NCBI GenBank assembly: GCA_021785655.1
Contig: JAJYET010000001.1
Coordinates: forward strand, 96,256-160,255
Reading direction: 5' to 3'
DNA from: a bacterium
GTDB lineage: Bacteria > Chloroflexota > Dormibacteria > Aeolococcales > Bog-877
DNA length: 64,000 bases
A model generated the notes under the pieces. The model saw only the letters and a program-made list of their open reading frames with translations. It did not search any database and was not told where the DNA came from. A program made the position numbers and the translations under genes. Below, piece after piece: positions 1 to 9,865 of the stretch; the stretch's first letter is position 1; each line of letters starts with the position of its first letter.

Positions 1-107
1 GCCTCATCGATCGGCCGGCTCGCGAGGAAAGCGGCGGCGAACGGTCCCCAAACAACTTCGCGGGACAGCCCAAGCTTATCACAGCCTGAGCAGCCGGAGG
101 ATCGCGG

Positions 108-284
108 CTATCCCCGGGCGGCCAGCGCTCCCAGCCCGAAGGCGCCCAGCGCCAGGACCATGGCCACCCCCTGCGCCCACAGGTGGCCGGCGCCCAGCCC
201 CCAGGAGAGGCCAAGGGCGATCCCAAAGCAGGCCAACCCCAGAATGGTCAGGTAGAGTCGGCGCACGTGGGTCCTGGGCAGCAT
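108..284 (-). CDS. small membrane protein (2 TM, ~58 aa)
   Basis: ATG at 284; MLPRTHVRRLYLTILGLACFGIALGL...AMVLALGAFGLGALAARG has two hydrophobic segments. Confidence 0.5.
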   Translation of the reverse strand: MLPRTHVRRLYLTILGLACFGIALGLSWGLGAGHLWAQGVAMVLALGAFGLGALAARG

Positions 285-1007
285 CGGGCTAGGGTATCGC
301 CAGACCCCACCGAACGGGGCCGGGGGTGGCGGTGGGCGGCCGGGTTGACTGTCACCGCCGTAACTGTGGTGTGGTGCGTCACCTGGATCTCGACCCCCTC
401 GACCCTGGGGCTCCGGGGATGGGTCACCAAGCTGGACCAGGCCCACGGGACGACCCCCATCACTCCCTCTCAGGTTCCCCGATATCTGGCCGAGGGGGTG
501 ATCGCGGTGGAGGACCAGAATTTCTATCTCGATCGCGGGGTGAACCTCGAAGGGCTGCTGCGGGCGGCGGGCTACGACATCGTCAACCACTGCGCCTGCC
601 AGGGCGGCTCCACCATCACCGAACAGCTCGCGGAGGACGCCTATCTCCACGGGTCCGACAGCTCGCTCTGGGGAAGGTGGGTCGACATCACCCTGGCGCT
701 CAAGATCGAAGACCACCTGACCAAGACCCAGGTGCTGGATGCCTACCTCTCCGAGGTGCACCTCGGAGCCGGAACCGTGGGCTTCGCTCAGGCCAGCCTG
801 AAATACTTTCACCGGCCGCTCAGCCGGGACGACCTGGCCCAGCTGGCCCTCCTGGCAGGGCTACCCCAGGCGCCGACGCTCCTCGACCCACTCTCAAACC
901 CCGAGGGGGCGGTGGAGCGACGCGCCATCGTTCTCGGGCAGATGGCGACGGACGGCTACATCACCTGGGCCCAGGCCCATGCGGCAGAGCGAGCTCCCGC
1001 GCTCTGA
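183..1007 (+). CDS. monofunctional peptidoglycan transglycosylase (GT51); true start probably downstream
   Basis: GT51 motifs IAVEDQNF, QGGSTITEQLA, LTKTQVLDAYL, LAGLPQAP; one N-terminal TM; no transpeptidase domain. Confidence 0.88.
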   Translation: MAGAQPPGEAKGDPKAGQPQNGQVESAHVGPGQHRARVSPDPTERGRGWRWAAGLTVTAVTVVWCVTWISTPSTLGLRGWVTKLDQAHGTTPITPSQVPRYLAEGVIAVEDQNFYLDRGVNLEGLLRAAGYDIVNHCACQGGSTITEQLAEDAYLHGSDSSLWGRWVDITLALKIEDHLTKTQVLDAYLSEVHLGAGTVGFAQASLKYFHRPLSRDDLAQLALLAGLPQAPTLLDPLSNPEGAVERRAIVLGQMATDGYITWAQAHAAERAPAL

Positions 1008-1160
1008 ACTTGACCCCCCTCCTCCGGCCGAGGTGCCGCGGCTGCAGGCGAACTGGCGGCCAGGGGCCCGGTTGCCCCGGTAGACTTGGCGGCTGCGGCC
1101 GCCGGACGGCTGACCGGCGGACGGTCGGGACTCTCCAAGCGCCCGCCGCGGCGCCCCCTT

Positions 1161-1236
1161 GCCGAGGTAGCTCAGTTGGTAGAGCACGGGTCTGAAAAAC
1201 CCGGTGTCGGCGGTTCGATCCCGCCCCTCGGCACCA
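1161..1236 (+). tRNA. tRNA-Phe (GAA)
   Basis: GCCGAGG/CCTCGGC acceptor stem, TAGCTCAGTTGGTAGAGC D-arm, CGGGT-CTGAAAA-ACCCG anticodon arm, GGTTCGATCC T-loop, encoded CCA. Confidence 0.97.
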
Positions 1237-1443
1237 GACTCTGATCTCAACGAGCGCCCGGCCCCACAGGTGGTACGGTCCTCTGACAACAACCGTGACC
1301 ACCACCGTGGCCGGCCGCCTAACTCCGGGCAGGGCCCGGGCGGGCCGCCCGACACCCATAGGGGGCACCCACCTCCCGGGTGTTTGCGGCCGCTGCGGGG
1401 CGGTGTAGAGTTCGGCGAGATCGTCGAGTTGGAGTTCGCCCAG

Positions 1444-2580
1444 GTGAGCATTCGGTTCCTCCACACCTCGGACTGGCAGCTGGGGATGACTCGCGCGTTC
1501 CTCTCGGCCGACGCGCAGGCCCGCTATGCGGACGACCAGATCGAAGCCGTCCGCCAGCTCGCCCGCACCGCCGCCGAGCGAGAGTGCGCCTTCGCCGTGG
1601 TCGCCGGCGATGTCTTCGACTCACTCCTGCCCAGCCGGAGGGTCGTCACGCGAGCGCTGGACGCCCTCGCCACGTTCACCGTCCCGGTCTTTCTGCTCCC
1701 CGGGAACCACGACGCCGACAACCCCGCGGGGCTCTGGGCACCGGGGAGGATGCCCGTGCCGCTGCCTCCGTCAGCGCGGGTGCTCCACGATGCGACGCCG
1801 GTCCCGGTTCCCGACCTGCCCGTGGAGGTGGTGGGGGCGCCGTGGCCAAGCCGCAAGCCCGACATGGACCTCTTGGAGGCGGCCATTACCCCCCTCGCCC
1901 CGGCGCCCCCCGGGACGTTGCGGGTAGCTGTCGGGCACGGCGCTGTCGACTCCCTCGCCCCCGACCCGCTGAATGCCTCGCTCATCTCGGTGGCAGGCCT
2001 CAGGGCCGCGATCACGAGCCGACGGGTCAGCTACGTGGCGCTCGGAGACCGCCACTCCGCGACCGAGGTCTCGGACCGCATCTGGTACTCGGGCGCCCCG
2101 GTCGCGACCGACTTCGACGAGACCGACAGCAACAGGGCGCTGGTGGTCGACCTGGACCCTGACGGGGCCGCCGTCGAGCCCGTCGCGATCGGCCGGTGGC
2201 ATTTCGTGCGCCGGCAATTCGACCTGGTCGGCGCAGAGAGCGTCCGAGGGCTGGCCGGTTCGCTGGCCAGCCTTCCCGACAAGGAACGGACGGTCGTCCG
2301 CCTCGCCTTGGTGGGCACGGTCGACCTGGCCACGGCGGAACTCCTGGATCAGACTTTGGCCGAGGGCCGGGACCTGCTGGCGAGCCTCGAGGTCTCAGAG
2401 GGCCGGAGCGAACTGCTGGTGATCCCTGCCGATTCCGACCTGGCTTCCATCGACCTCTCCGGGTTCGCCAGCGAGGCCGTGGCGGAGCTCTCGCGCACCG
2501 CAGCCAGCAAGGATGAGGATGCCGAAGCCGCACGTGACGCCTTGATGCTGGTGCGGCGGCTGGCGGCGAGGGCTCGATGA
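1444..2580 (+). CDS. Mre11/SbcD-like metallophosphoesterase nuclease (Rv1277-like)
   Basis: FLHTSDWQLG, VAGDVFD, LPGNHD, VGHG, ALGDRH, WYSGAP; GTG start at 1444 (the longer ORF overlaps the tRNA). Confidence 0.9.
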   Translation: MSIRFLHTSDWQLGMTRAFLSADAQARYADDQIEAVRQLARTAAERECAFAVVAGDVFDSLLPSRRVVTRALDALATFTVPVFLLPGNHDADNPAGLWAPGRMPVPLPPSARVLHDATPVPVPDLPVEVVGAPWPSRKPDMDLLEAAITPLAPAPPGTLRVAVGHGAVDSLAPDPLNASLISVAGLRAAITSRRVSYVALGDRHSATEVSDRIWYSGAPVATDFDETDSNRALVVDLDPDGAAVEPVAIGRWHFVRRQFDLVGAESVRGLAGSLASLPDKERTVVRLALVGTVDLATAELLDQTLAEGRDLLASLEVSEGRSELLVIPADSDLASIDLSGFASEAVAELSRTAASKDEDAEAARDALMLVRRLAARAR

Positions 2581-5246
2581 GGGTCATTCGTATCTCCATC
2601 CGCAACTACCGCGGGGTGGAGGCGAGCGAGGTCTCCCTACCGAGCGCCGGTATCACCGTCATAGAGGGTCCCAACGAGGTCGGCAAGTCCAGCCTGGCGG
2701 AGGCCCTGGATGTCCTTCTGGACTTCCCGCACGACTCAACGCACCGGCGGCTCGAGGCGGTTCGGCCGGTGCATCGAAGCGTGGGCACGGAGGTCGAGGC
2801 GGAGTTCACGACCGGCCGGTATCACCTGATCTACTTCAAGCGCTGGTTCCACCGGCCCGAGACCCGCCTGCAGATCGTGACCCCCGCGCCAGAAAGTCTC
2901 ACGGCGCGGACCGCCCACGACCGGGTCCGGGCGATCCTCGACGAAACCCTCGACTGGAGCCTGTACCGAGCGCTGCGCTTTGTCCAGGGTGAGCGGGTCC
3001 AGCAGGGCGACGTTGGGACGTCGACCACCCTGGTCGGCGCTTTGGACCGGGCGGCTTCCGGCGGCACGGCCGACCCCCGGTCCGAGTCGACTCTGTGGGA
3101 AGCCATCCGCGCCGAGTGGAGCCGGTACTTCACCCCCACAGGACGCGTCTCGCAGATGCGTGAACAGGTGTCCGCTCAACTCGCGGCCGCCCGCTCCGCA
3201 GCCGGCGGCGCACGCGCAGGCCTTGAGGAGATTGAGAACGCAGGCGAGAGGCACCGGGACATCACGAGACGCCTCGCGGCGAACCGTCTGGCCCAGGCGG
3301 ACGCGGCCACAGACCTGGCCGAGGATCAGGGGCGGTCCCGTGGCCTCAAGGTCCTCGCCTTGGAGCTCCAGACCCTCAAAGCCGACCTGGCCGGCGCCAG
3401 GGCGGCGGAACAGGCCGCGCGCCAGGCGCTGGATTCCAGGCAGGCCGAGGCGGAGGCGGTGAGGCGCACGGAAGTCGAACTGGAGAGGCTTCTACTGCAG
3501 AGCCGGAAGGAGGCAGGGCCCCTGGGGGACGCTCAGATGGCCCAGGCCGAAGCATCGGGCCGTCAAGCCCGGGCCCAAGAGGAGCTGGAGCTCGCATCCG
3601 CAGGACTGGCACTCGCCCAGGGCGCCCTGGCTTATCGCCGAGCCGAGATCGATCACCGACTGCTTAGCAACCGACTGGAGCGCGTGCGCAGGAGTCGCCG
3701 GGACGAGATCGTGGCCCAGCAGTTCGTGGACGAGTGCAGGGCCACCACGGAGGGCCGGAAGCTGCTGGAGAAGGCGCTGCGTCGCCGCGGGGAGGCGCTG
3801 GCGACCCTTGAGGTCTCCAGCGCAGCTATGAGTCTGGAGGCCCACGCCGCCGTGGACCTCTCGGTCGATGGAGTGCCGATCCACCTCGAACCCGGATCAC
3901 AGCACCGGGCCCAGGTCCTGGGAGAAGCCCTGGTTCAGCTCCCGGACTTGATCACCGTGCGGGTGACTGGCGGGGGGGCGGGGAGCGAGCTCCGGGCCCG
4001 GGCGAAGGACGCGGAGAACGCGGTGGCTGAACTCGCCGCGCAGCTGGGGCTGACCTCCACCGATCCCCTGGCGGAACTGAACGAAACCATGGAGAAGAGG
4101 GCCAAGGCGGAACACGACATCGAGGCCGCTCGGCGCACCCGCGCCGACGCCCTGGAGGACCTTTCTGAGGAGGAGCTGGCCGCCAAGGTCCAGAGCACCG
4201 GCGCCGTTGCCGAGGGCTATCCGGCGTCCCGGGCAGCCGCCCTCCCCATTCCCGGCTCCCTGGATGAGGCGGAGGCCGCCCATCGGGCCGCGGAGGAGCG
4301 AAGGCGAATCGCCGCTGAGGACATGTCGGTGGCCCGGGCGGTGGTGGAGTCCGCCGAGCGACACCTGAACTCACTCCGGGTCGAGGCCAGCGCGAACACC
4401 GCCCTGGTCCTATCCCGGCGGGAGCACCTCGCCGCCACGGCGGCCACACTCGAGGACGCCCGCAGCCGGGTTCCGGATGACGCCCTCCAGACCGCGCTGG
4501 CAGCAGCTCGCGACGAGGTGGAGCGACAGGAAGCCCTGTCGGCCGACGCCGAGGAACGGTACGCGGAGGGGGATCCCGAGGGAGTCGAAGCCCGCCTGAC
4601 GAACGCTGAGGCCCTCCTGCGACGGCTCCAAGCCGAGCACCTTGAGCTGGCCCGAGAGCAGGCTGAGGTGGAGACCACCCTCCGGGTCAAGGGGTCCAGC
4701 GACCTGCAGGCGGCGCTCGAGGATGCCGAACGGGAAGTTACCCGCCTGACTTTCGAGCACGAGGGGCTGGAGCGAAGGGCCATGGCGGCCAAGCTTCTCT
4801 ACGAGACCTTCTCCCGGCACCGCAATCTGGCGCGACAGGCGTACGTCGCCCCCTACGAGGATCAGATTCAAAGGCTCGCCCGCCTGGTGTTCGGGCCGGA
4901 CACCCTGGTCCGGGTGGACCCCGACACCTTCTCAATCCAGACCCGGACCGTGGCCGGCATCACGGTCCCCTTCGACTCCCTCTCCACCGGCGCCCGGGAA
5001 CAGCTCGCCGTGCTGGCGCGCCTCGCCTGCGCCATCCTGGTCAACCCCGGCGGCACCGCCGGCGACGTGGGAGTGCCCGTGATCCTTGACGACGCCCTGG
5101 GCAACTCGGACCCCACACGGCTGAAGCGCCTGGCACCGGCATTCGCCGCCGCGGCCGCGCAGGCCCAGGTGCTCATCATGACGTCCAGCCCCGATCGCTA
5201 CCGCCAACTCGGCGACGTCACCCTGGTCCGCCTCGGTCCCAGCTGA
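2577..5246 (+). CDS. Rad50/SbcC-like SMC-type ATPase (Rv1278/YhaN-like)
   Basis: Walker A GPNEVGKS, long coiled coil, signature LSTGAREQ, Walker B VILDDALG; ATGA overlap with the nuclease gene. Confidence 0.9.
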   Translation: MRVIRISIRNYRGVEASEVSLPSAGITVIEGPNEVGKSSLAEALDVLLDFPHDSTHRRLEAVRPVHRSVGTEVEAEFTTGRYHLIYFKRWFHRPETRLQIVTPAPESLTARTAHDRVRAILDETLDWSLYRALRFVQGERVQQGDVGTSTTLVGALDRAASGGTADPRSESTLWEAIRAEWSRYFTPTGRVSQMREQVSAQLAAARSAAGGARAGLEEIENAGERHRDITRRLAANRLAQADAATDLAEDQGRSRGLKVLALELQTLKADLAGARAAEQAARQALDSRQAEAEAVRRTEVELERLLLQSRKEAGPLGDAQMAQAEASGRQARAQEELELASAGLALAQGALAYRRAEIDHRLLSNRLERVRRSRRDEIVAQQFVDECRATTEGRKLLEKALRRRGEALATLEVSSAAMSLEAHAAVDLSVDGVPIHLEPGSQHRAQVLGEALVQLPDLITVRVTGGGAGSELRARAKDAENAVAELAAQLGLTSTDPLAELNETMEKRAKAEHDIEAARRTRADALEDLSEEELAAKVQSTGAVAEGYPASRAAALPIPGSLDEAEAAHRAAEERRRIAAEDMSVARAVVESAERHLNSLRVEASANTALVLSRREHLAATAATLEDARSRVPDDALQTALAAARDEVERQEALSADAEERYAEGDPEGVEARLTNAEALLRRLQAEHLELAREQAEVETTLRVKGSSDLQAALEDAEREVTRLTFEHEGLERRAMAAKLLYETFSRHRNLARQAYVAPYEDQIQRLARLVFGPDTLVRVDPDTFSIQTRTVAGITVPFDSLSTGAREQLAVLARLACAILVNPGGTAGDVGVPVILDDALGNSDPTRLKRLAPAFAAAAAQAQVLIMTSSPDRYRQLGDVTLVRLGPS

Positions 5247-5257
5247 GGGCGCCGGCC

Positions 5258-5720
5258 TCACCCCTCCCGGAACACCTCTTCCAGCGCCCGAGCCGCGTCG
5301 CGTTGGAGTAAGTCCGAGGCGGGCGGGTGCGGGTCGAGCGTGATCCCAACTGTGGAGTGGCCGTGCAGCTCCGACGCCACCTTGGGATGGACCACGCGGC
5401 TGAGCATCAGGGTCGCCACCGTGTGCCGGAGGTCGTGGAAGCGGATGTGAGGCAGCCCGGCCTGTCCGGGAGCGGCCTGAACGACCGCGGCAGCAGGTTG
5501 CCGGGCTCGATCGGCCCCCCGACCGCGGAGGTGAACACGAGGCCCTGGTCCCTCCAAAAGACGCCAGAGGCATCCGTCTCGGCTTCCTGGGCGGCCAGGT
5601 CGGTCAGAACCACCAGGCGGCGCGACCGGGCGGTGTCGGGCGCGGCGACCACGAGTCCCTCCGGTTCCCTCTGGAGAGCTCCGGTCACAGCGAGGGTGCC
5701 TCCGGCTGACGTGGCAACCC
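5258..5720 (-). pseudogene. tyrosine integrase remnant (truncated, frameshifted)
   Basis: C-terminal IRFHDLRHTVATLML...ELHGHSTVGITLD in one frame; upstream GALQREPEG...TARSRRLVVL...GLVFTSAVGGPIEPGNL in another; catalytic Tyr not seen; left boundary is the stop, right boundary approximate. Confidence 0.82.
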
Positions 5721-5757
5721 GGTCCGGGCCGGGCGCTCGGGTGAGCAGTGCCGTGCC

Positions 5758-5766
5758 TGCTATGCT
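5758..5766 (+). promoter_or_regulatory. extended -10 promoter for the DEAD-box gene
   Basis: TGcTATGCT about 135 nt upstream of ATG 5902. Confidence 0.4.
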
Positions 5767-5901
5767 GGACCGGCATCCGCTATTTGGCGATGCGGCCTCT
5801 TGGTGATACCTCGCCCCGCTGACGAAGCGGCGTCCTCGAGAAGCGTGCTTAGAGCGAAGTCGGCGAGGGCGCATTGGGGCCATGGGCCCGGGAAGACCCA
5901 C

Positions 5902-7197
5902 ATGAATCCATTCGAACAGCTGGGAGTGCGCGCGCGCACTCTGGAGAACCTGCGGCGCCAGGGCCTGGACACCCCGACCCCGGTGCAGACCGAGGCACTT
6001 CCACTCCTCATAGCGGGCCGGGACTGCGTCATCCAGTCACCGACAGGATCCGGCAAGACCCTGGCCTTCCTCATCCCCATGTCGGAGCACCTGGACGGGC
6101 ATCAGCAGAGCCCTCCCCGGGCGCTCATAGTGACCCCCACCAGGGAGCTGGCGACACAGATCGGAGGTGTTCTGAGCCGCCTCGACCCGCGGCTGCGGCA
6201 GGCCCTGGTCTTCGGGGGGGTCGGCTATCAGGGCCAGATCAACCAGCTGCGGACGGCGGATGTCGTCATCGGCTGCCCGGGTCGGCTGGTGGACCTGGCG
6301 GAAAGGGGTGCCGCCCGGCTGGGGGCGGTGCAGTATCTGGTCCTGGACGAGGCGGACGAGATGCTGGACGCCGGCTTCGCCAAGGATGTGGAGAAGCTGG
6401 TGGAGCGCACCAACCAGCGCACCACCACCCGGGCCCGGCAGACGGTGCTGGCCTCCGCCACCATGCCCGATTGGGTGACCAAGATGGCGGCTCGGCATCT
6501 GCAAACCCCGGGCCGGGTGGCCGTCGAACCGCCGCAGGAGGTGGCCCTGGAGCACGGCCTGGTGTCCCTGCCGCGCGCCGGAAAGGTGGCTTACCTGAGC
6601 CAGCTGCTGGCGCACTCATCGTCCACCATCGTTTTCCACCGCACCAAGCACGGGACCAAGAAGCTGGCCCGGGACCTGAGCCTGCTGGGCCACCCCACGG
6701 CGGAGCTGCAGGGAAACCTCTCCCAGGCGGCCCGGGATAAGGCGCTGGCGTCGTTCCACCGCCGGGAGTCCAAGGTGCTGGTGGCCACCAACGTCGCGGC
6801 CCGGGGCCTCGACGTCAAGGACGTCAGCCTTGTCGTCAACTTCGAGCTGCCCGACACCGCCCAGTGGCTCACCCACCGGGTGGGTCGAACCGCCCGCAAC
6901 GGGGCTCGCGGACGGGCCCTCACCTTCCTCTCCGAGGACGATTCGGAGAAGTGGCGCAAGCTCCGCCGGGAGGGGGCTCCCGCTCTGCGGTTCGTGGACC
7001 CCGCCCAGCTCATCGCCACCGGAGCCTTGCGGTACCTGGCCGAGCCTCCGCGCGGAGTCGAGCCCTCCAGGTCCCCCGCCCCGGTCCCCGGAGGACTGCG
7101 GGAGGGAGCGCGACCCCGGGGCCGCCGGCCCTTCGGGTCGGGCTCCTACAGGGGCCCGGGGCGCCCCGGTGTCAGGGGGGGCGGAGCCCCCCGCTGA
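5902..7197 (+). CDS. DEAD-box RNA helicase
   Basis: Q motif PTPVQ, SPTGSGKT, PTRELA, LDEAD, SAT, ARGLD, HRVGRTAR; Arg/Gly-rich tail. Confidence 0.95.
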   Translation: MNPFEQLGVRARTLENLRRQGLDTPTPVQTEALPLLIAGRDCVIQSPTGSGKTLAFLIPMSEHLDGHQQSPPRALIVTPTRELATQIGGVLSRLDPRLRQALVFGGVGYQGQINQLRTADVVIGCPGRLVDLAERGAARLGAVQYLVLDEADEMLDAGFAKDVEKLVERTNQRTTTRARQTVLASATMPDWVTKMAARHLQTPGRVAVEPPQEVALEHGLVSLPRAGKVAYLSQLLAHSSSTIVFHRTKHGTKKLARDLSLLGHPTAELQGNLSQAARDKALASFHRRESKVLVATNVAARGLDVKDVSLVVNFELPDTAQWLTHRVGRTARNGARGRALTFLSEDDSEKWRKLRREGAPALRFVDPAQLIATGALRYLAEPPRGVEPSRSPAPVPGGLREGARPRGRRPFGSGSYRGPGRPGVRGGGAPR

Positions 7198-7493
7198 CCC
7201 TCTGGCGCCCCTGGCGGCATCCCAGCGCTCCACGGGCAGGGCGCGGGGCCGGTGGCCCCCCCGGTGCGGACTGCGTCACTCGTTAGGGTTCCCCGGGACG
7301 GCGGCTCGCCCTCCCGGGGCGGGGCGGGGGATGGTGCCCGGCAGCGGCGAGTAGCCGGTATACCAGTGCGGCCGGGACCAGGGCCGAGGAGAGCTGAGGC
7401 AGCCCCCTCCGGCGCGACAACGGCCGGGGACGGAGTCAGGAGTTCCTCATGCTCCGGCATCGCCCCGCGCCCCGGGCCTTCGCGAACGGCCCC

Positions 7494-8531
7494 TCACCCG
7501 AAGAGGTCGGCCGCCAGCCGGAGAAGCGGCGGCGGCCCGCTCACCAGGAGCAGGGAGGGCAGCCCCTCGCGCCAGGCCGCCGCCTCCTCCCGGAGCTTGG
7601 CGGGCGGGCCGACCAGCGCCACCGCCTCCACCAACCGGGTGGGGACCGCGGCCACGGCCTCCGCGCGCCGCCCCCCCAGGTACAGGTCGCGCACCCGGGT
7701 CGCCTCCGCCTCGAAGCCCATGCGGGCGAAGAGGTTGAAATGGAAGTTCGTCTCCCTGCTCCCCATGCCGCCCATGTAGAGGGCCAGGACCGGCCGCACC
7801 TGGTCGGCGGCCGACTCGACGTCTGGGGCCGGGACGATGGGGAGGATCGCTGCGACCTCGAAGTCCGGCGGCCGGCCGCCGGCCCGCCGCGCGAACCCCT
7901 CCCCCAGAGCTTGGGCCTGCCATCCGCTCCGAGACGGGGCGTGGAACCCGGCCAGCCAGCCGTCGCCGACCTCGGCGGCCAGGGCGATGTTGCGGGGCCC
8001 CTCGGCTCCCAGCCAGATCGGGATCTGCTCCCGCCGCGGGTGGACGGTGAGCCGCAGCGGCTTCCCGGGTGCGCCCGGAAGGGGAAGCTGGTATCGGCGC
8101 CCCCGGTATTCCAGCGGTCCTTGGCGCCGGATCACCTGTCGGACGATCTCGACGTACTCCCGGGTGGTCTCCAGAGGGCGGCCGAAGGGCACCCCGTGCC
8201 AGCCCTCGACCACCTGCGGCCCCGAAACCCCGAGACCCAGGATGAACCGCCCATCACTCAGGTGATCCAGGGTCACGGCGGTCATCGCGGTGGCCGCCGG
8301 GGTACGGGCATGAAGCTGCATCACCGCGGTTCCGAGGCGCAACTCCGTGGTCCTGGAGCCCCACCAGGCCAGCGGTGCCACGGCGTCCGACCCGTACGCC
8401 TCGGAGGTCCAGAGGGAGTGGAACCCCAACCGGTCCGCCTCGGCCACCATCTCCCCGACTCCCTCGGGAGGTCGTGCGCCCCAGTAGCCCAACGCCAGGC
8501 CGAGACGGGGACGGGGGGGAGAGCTCAACAT
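7494..8531 (-). CDS. LLM-class (probably F420-dependent) oxidoreductase
   Basis: LGYWG, WTSEAYGSDA, GRFILGLGVSGPQVVEGWHG, AEVGDGW. Confidence 0.88.
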   Translation of the reverse strand: MLSSPPRPRLGLALGYWGARPPEGVGEMVAEADRLGFHSLWTSEAYGSDAVAPLAWWGSRTTELRLGTAVMQLHARTPAATAMTAVTLDHLSDGRFILGLGVSGPQVVEGWHGVPFGRPLETTREYVEIVRQVIRRQGPLEYRGRRYQLPLPGAPGKPLRLTVHPRREQIPIWLGAEGPRNIALAAEVGDGWLAGFHAPSRSGWQAQALGEGFARRAGGRPPDFEVAAILPIVPAPDVESAADQVRPVLALYMGGMGSRETNFHFNLFARMGFEAEATRVRDLYLGGRRAEAVAAVPTRLVEAVALVGPPAKLREEAAAWREGLPSLLLVSGPPPLLRLAADLFG

Positions 8532-8592
8532 CCCAAGAGGGTAGCCACCTGGCCGGGGAGCGGATGCAGACCTAGTCGCCGAGCCCAACTTC

Positions 8593-8606
8593 TGTGCGCG
8601 TGCACA
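8593..8606. promoter_or_regulatory. palindromic operator TGTGC-N4-GCACA, candidate PucR/CdaR-type site
   Basis: Perfect inverted repeat between the divergent LLM and acyl-CoA dehydrogenase genes; the operon encodes a PucR-type regulator. Confidence 0.5.
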
Positions 8607-8725
8607 ATCCGGCCACCCGAGAAGTGTGGGCGGCGACATTGCCCCCCCCGCCCCGGCGCGCCATACTGCGCAGGTCCGCCCCGGCCACGGAGGGATGGGG
8701 CGGGCCGGTATGGAGTTCTGCACAG

Positions 8726-9865
8726 TTGGACCTCAGGGACACGGCCGAGGAGGCGGAGTTCCGGCGGCGCGCCCGCCAGTGGATCGCTGGGCACCTTCCG
8801 GAGGGGCTGCGAGGGTTCTCCCCCAGGATCGAGCAGCTCGAGGCGGCGCGGGAGTGGAGTCGGGCGATGTCCGAGGCGGGGTACGCGGGCCTGACCTGGC
8901 CGAGGGAGTACGGGGGTCAGGGAATGCCTCTTTCGATGGAGGCGATCTGGCTGGAGGAGTTGGCCGCGGCGGAGGCCCCCCAGCACCTGGGGGTGATCGG
9001 CCTGGGCATGGCCGGGCCGACCATCATGGCGCACGGGTCTGAGGACCAGCGCCAGCGCCACCTGCCGCGGATACTCGACGCCAGTGAGATCTGGTGCCAG
9101 GGGTTCTCGGAGCCCGGGGCGGGCTCCGATCTGGCCTCGCTGCGGACCAGGGCCGAGGCTCGTCCCGGAGGGTTCCTGGTCAACGGACAGAAGGTCTGGT
9201 CCTCCTATGCTCACATCGCCGACTGGTGCATCCTGCTCACCCGCACCGACCCGGCCCGGCCCTCCCATCAGGGCATGACCTTCCTCCTGGTGGACATGCA
9301 CTCTCCCGGAGTGGAGGTGCGCCCCATCCGCCAGCTGACCGGCGACTCCGACTTCAACGAGATCTTCTTCACCGACGTCCTGGTGCCGGAGGGGAACGTG
9401 GTCGGCGAGGTGGGCGAGGGATGGCAGGTGGCGATGACCACCCTGCTGCACGAGAGGGGCACGCTGGGTTTCGCCCTCACCGGCTCCCTGGACACCACGG
9501 TGCGCAAGCTGGTGGAGCTGGCGCGCGAGCGGGCCGGACAGGACTCCCGGCTCCGAGACCTCCTGGCCCGGGAATGGATCACCACCAGGGCGCTCCAGCT
9601 CACCGCCCAACGGTCGCTCGGACAGCACGCCCGGACCGGGATACCGGGTCCCGAGGGCTCCATCGTGAAGCTCACCTTCTCGGAGACCAACCAGCGGGTC
9701 GCCAAGCTCGCCCGCGAGCTGATCGGCGAGGAGGCGGTCCTGGACGACGGCTCCTGGCTGTACCAGCAGCTGCGCAGCCGGGGCAACACCATCGAGGCCG
9801 GCACCTCCGAGGTGCTGCGCAGCATAGTGGCCGAGCGGGTCCTCGGCCTGCCGAGGTCGCGCTGA
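8726..9865 (+). CDS. acyl-CoA dehydrogenase (catalytic-type subunit)
   Basis: WCQGFSEPGAGSDLASL, NGQKVWSS, FNEIFF, TIEAGTSEV; TTG start estimated. Confidence 0.93.
   Translation: MDLRDTAEEAEFRRRARQWIAGHLPEGLRGFSPRIEQLEAAREWSRAMSEAGYAGLTWPREYGGQGMPLSMEAIWLEELAAAEAPQHLGVIGLGMAGPTIMAHGSEDQRQRHLPRILDASEIWCQGFSEPGAGSDLASLRTRAEARPGGFLVNGQKVWSSYAHIADWCILLTRTDPARPSHQGMTFLLVDMHSPGVEVRPIRQLTGDSDFNEIFFTDVLVPEGNVVGEVGEGWQVAMTTLLHERGTLGFALTGSLDTTVRKLVELARERAGQDSRLRDLLAREWITTRALQLTAQRSLGQHARTGIPGPEGSIVKLTFSETNQRVAKLARELIGEEAVLDDGSWLYQQLRSRGNTIEAGTSEVLRSIVAERVLGLPRSR

Noticed and set aside
1204-1443. N-terminal extension of the Mre11-like ORF
   Set aside because: Overlaps tRNA-Phe; family similarity starts at GTG 1444
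5250-5800. attR copy of the tRNA-Phe 3' end near the integrase relic
   Set aside because: No repeat of CCGCCCCTCGGCACCA found, so the island boundary is not defined
7198-7493. Small gene between the DEAD-box helicase and the LLM gene
   Set aside because: Candidate ORFs are low-complexity with no RBS or motif
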